Shown here one piece after another: positions 1-11,122 of a stretch of DNA of 64,000 bases. Below the pieces are notes generated by a model. It was not told where the DNA came from and searched no databases. It was given only the letters and a program-made list of their open reading frames with translations. How positions within the stretch are numbered: the first letter of the stretch is position 1; every line of letters begins with the position of its first letter. This DNA is from Chlorokybus atmophyticus (taxonomy: Eukaryota > Plantae > Mesostigma and Chlorokybus algae), in NCBI GenBank assembly GCA_009103225.1, contig RHPI01002438.1, forward strand, positions 186,001 through 250,000, given 5' to 3'. A program made the translations under genes and the position numbers.

Positions 1-89
1 AGGCACAGGTGTTATCAGTGATGGTGACGGCCACACAAGGCAGACACAAAACTGCTGTTGCTTGTTGTACACGCATCAGCCTCGTCTAG

Positions 90-2676
90 TCAAGTTGGTG
101 TTGGCTCTGTGCTTGCAGCAGGATTGCTACTGTCACTAGGTACCACTGCCAGGGTTGCAGCAACAGGCTTGGCCTCGGCATCAGACACAGGAACTGACTT
201 CGTCCCATTCACAGCTTCAGCGGCATGCTCAATGGCGTCACCCGCCTCCACATCAGTGCAATTGCCATTCTTGTCAGCATCTCTTTCGTCATCATCACCA
301 TCAGTGCTCTCAGCAGCGCGCTTCCTGCTTGGCACCGATCTTGCGACCGCCTTCATAACAATACAAACATATCAGCCTGTACTTACTCGTAACTGATTGT
401 CTTGCATGAGATACTGGTGAATGCGACAAGCGCTTGTAGAGTACCTCAGGCCAGGAGCGGCAGTCAAGCCAGTTCAATAAGATTTCCAGCACGTGGTTTA
501 CTGTCAGCACCGACGACGTCTTGAGAAGGGTCGGATCGATTGGTAACTTTGCTGTGGCAATGTTCTGGCTCTGGGCCTTCTCTAACGTCACATGCTGCAA
601 CCGCCATGGCATGATGCATTGCGCTAAGCTTGCGTGAGCCATGTGTGAGGTGCATTAATACTTGCGCATGCGATGCATAGCAAACCACTGTATTCACTTG
701 CCTTGAATCGATTCCGGTCCACAATGCCACCAATGATGTACGCCTTCTTCGGGTCAAGCTCATTCATGGTGTTGGGAGAGTCTGCAGTCAAGTACACAAG
801 GTCCTCTTTGCGTTCGCTATACACATCCATGTAAGACTGCTCTTCTCGTACCACCTGTTCAAGGTCAAGTTGGTTGGCACTCACTGTATTGTTCCCGTTG
901 CACGGCATGGCCTAAACTAAGATGCAATGCACGATCAAAAACCACGCGACAGCAGTAGGTAGGCTCTGAGTGCAAAATTACAACTGAGCCATGGCACGGC
1001 AGTAACACACTGTTGCTGCCAACAAGCTGCGCAGCTGTGCGTTGATACGTGTGAGTGCCTTCTTTCTGTGTTGGTTTCTGTGCGCACAGGTGCCCGTGCA
1101 TTTACACATGTGTGCGTGTAGCATGCGTGCCTGCATGCCTGCATGCAAGCGTACGTGCATTTTGTGTCTGGCGGGGGGGAGGTGGAGGGCGGGNNNNNNN
1201 NNNNNNNNNNNNNNNNNNNNNNNNNNNNNNNNNNNNNNNNNNNNNNNNNNNNNNNNNNNNNNNNNNNNNNNNNNNNNNGGGGGAGGTCGGTTGCATTATC
1301 TGCCAAACTGCAAGCATACCGGCCAGTGTTTAACACCTGGAATGCGATCGAAGCGCTCGGCCATGACGCCTTTGACGCTCGTGAAACACAGCTTGCACGG
1401 TGTTGAGGCGCGCGAGTTAGCGGCGTAACAGTAGATCAGTTGCTGTGTCAAGCTTCGCACTTCCTGCGCATGAACAGGGCAACATTTGTATATATTCCAG
1501 CAAGCTGTACAGATACGCGCGCATGCACGCACGCACACAAACATACATGCCCGCGCACACGCGCATGCCCTTCCACGCACATTGTCCCGCATAAGGTGCG
1601 TGAAGTCCAAGTCAATGACAATGCTTTGGCCCTCCTGAAGCGCACGCTGCTTGTTTTCACGGCGTTCTCTTTGCTTTGCAATGCGCCCCTGCTTGCTCTC
1701 CTTGCGCTTGGCAATCTCCGCCTGTCTCTCCTCTGCCAACCGACGTGGACTGTGAAGAGATTCTATAGCAAGCGCGAACCAACAAAACATGCCAACCACA
1801 AAGCTGCTCAGTGAATTAGTGTTTTGAGAGGCTATTTGACCGGTGCTGGTGCTGACTCAAGTTAACAACCGCAATGCAAGCTACGGCAGTGCGAGCTTTT
1901 GCAAATGTTCATCATCATACGTTAAAATGATGGGCATTGCTTGTCATACCATAATCGTACTAACGACTGACCACGTGACCCTTACAAAGAGCTGAAATGC
2001 AGTGCAACCTGCAACAAGCTGAGTGTCATCACTTTCAAACGTTAATGATGCAACATGCACAACGTCCACCAGAGAAGAAAGTATAGTGGTTGAGTTTGTA
2101 CAGCCACCTTCCGTGAGGGCGTCCAAGTACGCAGCCGACTGCTGCCGCTTATCCTCCCTCTCGGAACGCTTCGCAGCCTTTTTCTCAACCTTCTTCGCCT
2201 GCATTGTCCCCTCCAAGCACTCAGACAGCAAACTCTCAACACTCATAACCACCAACAGTATGTCCGTTGAAAGATGTGACCGCTACCGCCCTGGTGTCAT
2301 AGCAACAAACAACAATATGCGGCCTCAATGACAAGCATTACACCACTACTGCACTCACACCACGCAGCATACTAAGATGTCTCAGCAAACGTCTGAGCAC
2401 TGGTTGTTTGAACATATCATGAAAACAATCAAGAGCCCAGTGTTGCACTCAATGACGAATTGCTGTTTTACTTCACACCTTCACGTACTCCAGCATGCGT
2501 GCTCGCTTCTCCATCTTCTTCCTGGCATTCTTCGACAGCGGCGCTGGCGTTTCCGCCTCTTCATGCCCACCTCCATCCTCAGCCTTCTGCTCCAACCCAT
2601 TCCCTACCACCTCCGCCTCCTGTGTCACCTTCTCCTCCATACCCGCCGCCGCCGCCGCCACCACCTGCTCCGCCAT
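90..2676 (-). CDS. TRM10: tRNA (guanine/adenine-N1 at position 9) methyltransferase, multi-exon; one intron contains an N gap
   Basis: Spliced exons give [11 protein letters not shown]...[51 protein letters not shown] and [19 protein letters not shown]...[12 protein letters not shown], the Trm10 SPOUT motifs. ATG at 2676 (MAEQVV); the last exon ends at 90. Confidence 0.9.
1194..1278. other. Assembly gap (N run) flanked by G runs
   Basis: N run seen directly, inside a TRM10 intron. Confidence 0.95.
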
Positions 2677-3542
2677 GATCACATTGATCGCATGGATTAC
2701 ACGGACCACGCTAATCACACTGATCGCACTGTAAAGTCTGCTGAACTCAACTGAGCCATAAAGTATACGGTCACCCGGCTACACTTGTGTCCTCCCACAT
2801 CGGATGGTATGCGGTGGGTCGTGGGATTGTGGGCGTAACGCAGCTCTTCAGATCTGTGTGCTGCATGCATGCGACAGAGGCACTGAGCTGGTCAGCGGCG
2901 GGGAAGGGGCGGGGGCGGAGGCGGCCAGGGCATACGGCATAAGGAGCAGGGTTTTGGAAACTGGTGACCCCACTGCTTGAGACGTGTCGCCATAACGCTT
3001 CTATGCCTTGAAACTCAGACCAGCTTGCCTGGTGGACCACCAATGGTGGTGGTACTGCTGCTACTGAGCTAAGCAGAGCAGAGCAGAGCAGTACAGAGCA
3101 GAGCTAAAACTGCTCTGCACCGCAATCAGATTCTGCTTCGCGCTTTGAGCGCCTTGGCAAGGCCGATTCCGCCCAACATCTTGTCGCCTCCACTGGCTCG
3201 GAGTGACAAGCACAAGCATTACTCGAAGCATGATGGTCAAGCACATACAAGCATTGCTACGCGCTCCCGTAGGAGATTCGCCGTCTCCTGATTGCTAATT
3301 GCTCTTTTAAAGTGCTTCTATAGTGTAGCTTTGAGCTTTCTTGTTGATTAGGGGAAGAGCAGACAGCTGCTGCTTAGCAGGCTTCCGTTGCATTCAGTAC
3401 GCAAAAGCGACTGCTTCTACTGCGGTAGAGCAGTACCATTAGCTTGTATGATTGTGCAGAGACTACAGCTCTTTTATACGTGCAAACAGCACTAGCCTAC
3501 TCAAGGTAGCACAATCATAATCTCAAGTACAGCGAGCACGGC

Positions 3543-6500
3543 ATGAACGGCATGAGGGCGCCCACCCCAGTGTGGGGCGAGCCCTCCCCACCTCCAATGC
3601 CGACAGTGCAGCCGGTGTTTAGGACACCGGTTGTCGTGTCTAAGCCGCCTGTGGTTGTGTCCAAGCCGCCTGTGGTTGTGTCTAAACCACCAGTGGTGGT
3701 GATCGGCCAGGCCGTCATCTCGGGGACTGCTGGACATCAACCCAGATCCCAACAGCAGGTACCAACAATTGAAAGCAGACTAAAGAGCAATAGAGCGTTG
3801 CGATGCTTATACTGTACCGTACCACTCGTATGATACCGGCCTTTGCACGCAAACTACAAGCAACAGTGCATTGCGATGTTGTTACTGTATCATATTATGA
3901 TTGTATGGTTTAGTATACCAGTATAGCAGTTAGTTTCAGTGTTCGGTCCTATTCAGTGTAGCCTACACTGCACGGTGGACTGCTCGGCATAGACAATAGC
4001 CCATGGCTGTGACATCCCTGTCTAGAGCTTCGCAGTATGAGTTTGTGCTTGCTTCAAGCTGTGATGTGCTTGCTGGCGTTTTCGCAGGTTGTTCGCGTTG
4101 AAGCCTCAGCAGTGCCGCTCAAGTCTGAGAAGCACAACTCCCGACAGAGGCAATGGACGCTGTGTCCGGTGTACTGCTGCTCTTTTTACTTTGCTTTCAG
4201 CTTCTTCACTTGCGTCATTGGCTTCGCAGTCTTCCCAAAGATCGTGTCGAGTCTGATTGCAGTAAGTGCAACATGTACAAATGTCAACATAACAAACCTC
4301 CAAGAGAAAGGGCGGGTTGCAGCCACCTGAGTGCCTGTGTCATCTTTGTGAATTTACAGAATGCACTCACTGTCACGTCAAAGAATGACGGGTGGGACGT
4401 CAAGAAGCCTTATGTCGACGACTTTGCAAAGGTCAGCAAGATACACCATTGGCGTAAAACCTGTGTCGAGTGGGACATTTTGCAATGGCTCACATGTTGG
4501 CACTGCTTCTCTGCGCAGTACCAAACACTGTACTTCTGGAACATCACGAACAAGGACCAGTTCATGAACGGCTTGGAGCCGCCGATGCTGCAGGTCAATC
4601 ACTAGTATACTTGCATGCAGCCTGCAGCTGTATGCAATGCTCTGTGTGTACTCACCCTGCATGTTTTCAATACAAGCAGGAAGTTGGTCCCTATGTGTTC
4701 AAGTCGACGCGAAGGGTGTACAACGTGACGTGGCTTGATGACGGCAAGCAGGTCCTCCGCAAAAGCAACAGCTTCTACCAATTCAAACCAAAGCTGTCCT
4801 GCCCCACTTGCCATCTGAGACAAGTCTTTCATGTCACCAACTTCTACTGGGCGGTACAGCAAGTCGCAAACCCGCACATGCTTTTCCTGTTTCACACATG
4901 CATCCATACTATTAAGGTAATAAATCTCATTGTTTTGGCATGACACTTTGTTGCAACAGTATCTGCTGGAGGGCTTCCAGCGAAGCGAGTTTGCTTTAGT
5001 GCTGAGTTTCACGCCGTACTACGCGGACGCGGGCGTGCAAGCGTCAGAGGTAATTATTGACCAAGCCAGCCAGTAGGGTGTTTCCGAGACATCAATGGTA
5101 AATTTAATCATAGCAAGGCCTTGTCTGTTCAGGCTGAGTTCAAAGAGTCTGGTTTGTCTTCTGACCCCGCCAAGCTCCATGCCCTGGCGGTGCAACAGTG
5201 GGCCGACTGCTCCGTGCTAAACGGGAAAAGCATCAAAGACGGACCAAACGGTGAGCTTGAGTTTATTGTCTTGCAATTTGAGACTTACTACAGATTGCTA
5301 AACAACGACGTGCGAAGCTGTCTGTACCAAAAATCTTTGTTTGCATTGCATGAGGCTCCGACTTGGGTCTGTACTGGCAGCTTGGACTTGACCAACAGTA
5401 CGCGCTGTCATGAGCATGATTTTGCACTGTGTGCGCAGGTGCCCGCTATCCCTATTACCTGGAGTTCTGTGCTTGGGCGAAGCTAACCGGTAGTCCAGTG
5501 GCCAATCTCACCGCAAGCAAAGCCCAGTGGATTCTGTACGACTCCCCTGCGCACCTCGTAGGCACGAGTGACATGCTCCCGCTTGTATTCGGGGGACCCA
5601 TGGCTGCAGCCGCCAAACTCAACGTGACAGGTACTGCGTGGTGTTGTTGTTACTCATGTCCTTCAAAGTACTATGCATGCCCAGCCTTCTAACGTCACTT
5701 ATGTCACTTAGCATCTGCACTAACACCACGAGTGTGTAGAACAGGTCATGTGCCTGTGTTGCGTCGTATATACTTGGCCTGCAGCGCCTCTGCACTGAGT
5801 TTCTTTATCAGTTGTTTTGTGCGTACGTGATGAACAGAAGCAGAAGCCACTGCCATCTTGAACTATATCAAGTACCTCACGGGCACGCTTGTGTCGGACA
5901 ATTTCCGGGAGACGTACCTGACTTCAGGCACGAGCGGTCCCATCGTGACACGCACGGTTGAGCAGGTCAGTTAGTTGGAGTTATGCCTCATAGATCATTC
6001 ATGTGTTTCATGCTGATTGAGACAAGGAGAAGCTTACACTGTGACCTACAGCTTGTGTTCGGATGGGTGGACGGCGTAGTTGCAACATTTGTTGCCAACA
6101 CAAATCCTCAAGCTGCAGTCTTGCGATTGGCGTATAGCTTCGACGACATCTTCAATACCACTCACTGGCACATACCATGTAAGCTATGCCACAGTGCATG
6201 GCAAACCGTGAATGCGCCGCATTGTTACTTATCGTTGACTCTGCTATCTGGATTGCAGACTCAACGGAGGCGTACCACATGAATGAAGTGGACAAGATAG
6301 CCGACATTATGAAAACGGGCAAGGGCAACGCCAGCGAGAGCGGTGTTCTTATTCAACAGGTTGACACATTAAACCGGCTTAACAATAACAACAAGCCAGG
6401 ACTTACACGCACAAATGCAGGGCCGCTTCATCTCCACAGCTGGTGTCATTGGAAACCTCAAGTCTTTCCCATACAAGAACGCGTCTTCGCCTGTGAATGT

Positions 6501-7958
6501 CACTGGCACGCAAGGGGCAAACTTTAGGTGAGACTCATTGAGAGACATGACATGTTGGTGTGCACATGTGGCTATGCAGCAGTGATGATACACAATCATT
6601 GTTCAGGTGGAAGCTGAAAGAGGGCGACCCTCTCACGCTTTGGTTTGACTTGTTTTTCCGGGAGATGCCATTGGACTACGAAAAAACACACCGTGTTGGC
6701 GGATGGAACTACATCTACAGATACCACTTAGCCGAGGCCAACTTTCAGGTGTGTTGCTCTTGATATGTCGCGAGTTAGCCTAAATACAGCATGTGTGGCT
6801 TTGAAAGGCACACTGCTCCAGACATAAGTACAGCCAGTCATCATTGTGTGTATACGATGCTCACAGCTAAGTAGTAGTACAAGTATGGTGTACTGAGTGT
6901 ACGTACACTCGCAGACGTGTGGTGAGAACCATGACAACTGCAAGTACTCGAACCAAGTGCACGGAGTCTTCGACATGAGTGAGTTCTTTCCAGGATATAG
7001 ATGGACTCAGGTCAGCGCAACAGCTGTTTTGTTACTGCGTGATGGAGCGTTGTTGTCTTGATCATAACCTATCTGATTGGCATACACGCGCAGCCACATT
7101 TCCTCAATTGCGACCCAGTACTGAAAGCATCTTTGGGTGCGGGCGGTGACGTGATGAAACCCAACAAAGCGCTGCACGACACGGCGATTGATGTGGAGCC
7201 CCGAACCGGCCTGATGTTTCAACTTCACACGGCGTGGATGTCGTCAAACGTGCACTTTCAAGGAGACCTCTTCCATACCAACATCTGGACCTCCAATGCC
7301 ACGAAGGAGGTGAGTAGCATGTACTTGTATACATGAATATCGTTGTGTCGGCGGGTGATCAACGCCGTACTACTAGTGACCTAGTGACCTAGTAGGTCAG
7401 TGGCATGTACTTGTATGCTTGAATGTTGCCGGCGGGTCACCCGCCGACACAACAACAGTCACGTGTACACGTTGCTTGTGCAAGCTGAGCTTGCACAAGC
7501 AACATGAACACATCTGTCGCTCAGGGCAGAGTTACGCATACACCCACACGTCACGGACTGATGACGCATTCGCACACAACACGCATAATAAACTTAAACA
7601 CACATATGCATTGTAGGTGTGGATACCATGGGTCACACTGGACTTGAACGTGACGACGGCCTTCAAGACCACGAACGCCGTCGTCGCCGTGTTCGTCAAC
7701 ATGGACGACATCGTGATATCCCTGCGTGCGGGGTCAATCATGAACATCGTGCTGGTGGCGTTCCTCACCGCCATCTACTTCATCGAGTACAGCCGCATGA
7801 CCTCCAGCCGTGTCAGCGGCTTCCAGACGCTGCCCGTGCACTCGCCCAGGCCCGCCACGCCCCACGCACCGATGAAGACCGCATCTAATGTGTCAATGGC
7901 CAACGTGAAAAGAGGGTCTGGCAACCTTGGACCAAGGAGCACCAACTTGGCCAGTTAA
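3543..7958 (+). CDS. CD36/LIMP-II (scavenger receptor class B) family two-TM protein, multi-exon
   Basis: Exons encode YQTLYFWNITNKDQFMNGLEPPMLQ|EVGPYVFK and PHFLNCDPVLKASL...KPNKALHDTAIDVEPRTG, matching the CD36 family FNxTN...EVGPY and PHF...H...DIEPxTG motifs. N-terminal TM YFAFSFFTCVIGFAVFPKIV and C-terminal TM IMNIVLVAFLTAIYFI. Central exons are not fully resolved. Confidence 0.85.
7342..7453. repeat. Intronic inverted repeat: 17-bp perfect arms, 78-nt spacer
   Basis: gttgtgtcggcgggtga (7342-7358) is the exact reverse complement of tcacccgccgacacaac (7437-7453). Confidence 0.85.
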
Positions 7959-8505
7959 CAGGACGCTTAGTATGCTAGGTTCATTGCGGGTAGCGGTTGG
8001 GTCTGATATCATTACCGACAGCAGCCATTGCTGCGTGTGAAGCAACGGGTGCTAAGGTGTTTCGTTGGGCAAATATACTTACAGTGACACCAGATGTCTG
8101 GTATACCACACCAAGTATTTTGGTGGCTTGTGGTTGAGAAGGCCATGTTAGTAAACGTCTGACATTCTATAGTATCTCATTTGAGACACATTTAGTCTCC
8201 AAACATTTTACCCTATACAAACGAAGACGGGTCCAACATAGCTCCAGTTGCTAACAACACTCCAACATGTCGCTACACATAGCACACAGCGACAGCAGCA
8301 AGGGAGTGCTGCAGCACATGCATGACATGCGTGACTGTGCATGCTACCGTGCAATTGACGAAATCTTAGAGTACGGCAGTGGCGACAGCGGCTGCCATTG
8401 CTGATCGAGGGTTTGGAGGGTGGCGGTGGCGGTGGCGGGAGGCAGCAGGGAGGAGGGCGTGGGAGTCCGCGTCGCTGTTGTTGCTGCTGTTGCCGTCCTA
8501 GCCAG

Positions 8506-8714
8506 CAACTGCTAACCGCAGCCCTTGTGGGCAGGTACTGTGCTTCTGCATGCTTGCTGTATGTCTAACGAGGCGGGCTAGTACTAGCATAGCATAGCGT
8601 AAGTAGCACTAGCCCGGTGGTGACTGTTATGTGAGTGGTGAAGGTGACTTGTCGTGCATGTCACTCGCATTGCCCGCACACCATGCATGTTGGCATAGTA
8701 CCATACCCCTTATA
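8506..8714 (+). repeat. Left arm of a long-range inverted repeat pair (partner 10671-10789)
   Basis: 8506-8542 matches rc(10753-10789) perfectly over 37 nt; 8631-8714 matches rc(10671-10755) with about 5 transitions. Confidence 0.85.
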
Positions 8715-9397
8715 TACATAGCACACGCCACGCCAAACGCACAAGCATCATCACATGCACCCACCACAAAACAGCACAGCCTGCGCCCTACCTACTACCA
8801 GTCAGCACTTACATGTTGATATCTGGTGCACCAAGCGGCTGGCAGGGCCCTATGGCTGTGTTTGTTTTACATGCACCACGTAAGCACGTCTGCCAAGCGA
8901 TCTTTGGCCAAACTACCGCAAGGTGGTGAACCTATTGAGTCTGTGCTGTTCGGGTTGCTTAAGCAATGCAGGCGGAGAGGGACCCTGCACCAGCCACGAG
9001 CTAGGTTTAGTCGAGAGCAGCGACCATAGTGCAGAAGAGCAAGAGAGAGAGAGTCTTACTGCTCTGCGGTTTTGCTGCTGTTTCCATTGCCGTGCTGCTG
9101 CGAAGACTGACCCAAAGCCTGCGAGTGGCAGGTGTTGCCACTATCTAGGCTGCATGCATGCATGCATGCATCACTGACGGGTTGTAGGAGCAGTTGTGGT
9201 AGGAGTGACGTACCAGTTGTGGTAGTCGGTGTAATGGATTGGACAATTGTACAATACAACTATATCTACCTATAATGAAATCTGCCTGCCGTTTTGCTTG
9301 GCAGAGTGCCGTATGTAGTGCAAGCACCAGCACTACATAAGCAAGCGAGGCAGGCTCCTGCTTGGCGCTGACACTATGCATGGGCACAATGGTAGTT

Positions 9398-9615
9398 AAA
9401 GCCTTTCCATAAGGATTAACTGCCGTCCCTCAGCAACGCGGCAGAAACACAGCGCTATCGGTGGTTTCCAAATCCCGCTGGTGACGTCGGGAGTTTGAAG
9501 CCGTCTGCGCCTACGCTCCGCCAATCACTCGCCAGCGTTGCACTTGCCAAGTGGCCGCCACAGCTTTGTTGGCAAGGTGTCGCGCCCTGCATCACCAGCA
9601 GGTTCTGCAGACGAC
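9398..9615 (-). repeat. Dispersed ~210-bp repeat, copy A (homologous to 31485-31689 in opposite orientation)
   Basis: Shares identical blocks of 21 nt (9474-9494 vs 31604-31624) and 18 nt (9573-9590 vs 31508-31525), with colinear similarity between them. Confidence 0.8.
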
Positions 9616-10670
9616 GACTCTGCTTCGAGTCTGTAATGCCAGGATTCGCACCTACTTGTTAGGCTAGAAGTGTGTGCGTACCGAGAGCTTTAAACTGCTT
9701 GTGGCAAGGCATTTTGCCTTTTTCAGTACGAAGCCCTCAAGGCCCTCTAGCCCTATGAAGCGCTTGAAAGGTATGCATGAACCCTTTTCTTAATTTCAGC
9801 CCTCAACTGAAGATCTTGCATATGGTATCGGAATGAAAGATCACAAGCATGACATAGCAGCTGCAAACAAGTAGCAAACAAGCAGCACAAGGAACAGGCA
9901 TACACAAATATGCATATGTTAACGGCATTGTTTATTCCCTTGGCTTGCACCGTAAATTGCGGAGCATATAGGCATAAGTACACTACCCCCTCAAGAAGCG
10001 ACTACCCTAAATGCAGACTCAACTTCTCTGCCTGCACACAAGCTCTATGGCGCAATGTTGATCGGTGCAGCGAAGTGGCCCAGTCACGCGCTTGTGACAA
10101 TACTGTTGAACGACGCTGACCACGTTGGGGTCAAAGTAGTTCAACAGTATTGTCACAAGAACTTAACGTGCGCAGCGGGAGCCACTCATTGCTTGCTGAT
10201 CATGCTGTGGCTTCAAGCCGCATATGCGTATAATGCTAAACAATGATAAGTTTGATGCAATATGCATCGCTTGGCGTGCTTTATCATGATGTTTGGTGTT
10301 GCGCAAATGCCCTGTCCACCCTCGCTGCATGTGTCAGTGACACGCGCAACATATGCCAAACATGATGACTATTTATGGTGACCACATTGGTATGACATAC
10401 ATACCGCCTCAGTAATTTACACGCAGCTTTCAAAGCGTTAGATCAACACGCATTGCACAGGTACACAGCACGCCACACAGGTTGCATGCGTGTGCACATT
10501 TTTCACACTACACATATGTTGTACGAAAGATGCAAGGGTGAACTCGCACACGCAGATCTATGTGAACGTGTAATGCCACCACCACAACAATCACTCACCA
10601 ACTTGACCACCGGGCTAAGGCATGCGCTTGCATGCTATCTATCAACTACCCCTACCCCTATCATCTGCGT

Positions 10671-10789
10671 ATGTAAGGGGTATGGTATTATGCCAACATG
10701 CATGGTGTGCAGGCAATGTGAGTGACATGCACGACAAATCACCTTCACCACTCACAGTACCTGCCCACAAGGGCTGCGGTTAGCAGTTG
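10671..10789 (-). repeat. Right arm of the long-range inverted repeat pair (partner 8506-8714)
   Basis: Reverse complement of the left arm, lacking its 88-nt internal segment 8543-8630. Confidence 0.85.
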
Positions 10790-11122
10790 TGCACATGCCA
10801 CCGCACACCGTCTTGCCAGCTGCCACTGGCAGTTTCAACGTGGCACAAGCATGCAGGAGGCAGGCAGCCTGCAGGCAAATTCGACATGTAGCACTGACAG
10901 AGTAATGCGCACCTTTTGCGCACCTCTCCACTAGCTAGCCAGTGCAAGCGTATCCACCTACGTAAACTAGTATACCTTCTACCAATCACCATAGATTAAA
11001 GCTGACAGGAATAGCTGTCACAGTCCGTACGGCAGCTGTCAAACTGAAGAAATGAGAACCATATACCTACCTAAACCTGAGCAATGTTAGCCTCCTCAAA
11101 GATGTAACCGAAGGTTGCTGCA

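Noticed and set aside
9753-9983. Minus-strand ORF ending MQDLQLRAEIKKRVHAYLSSAS as a possible extra last exon of the CW gene
   Set aside because: The CW gene already ends at a stop at 11123, and I could not trace a phase-consistent splice path.
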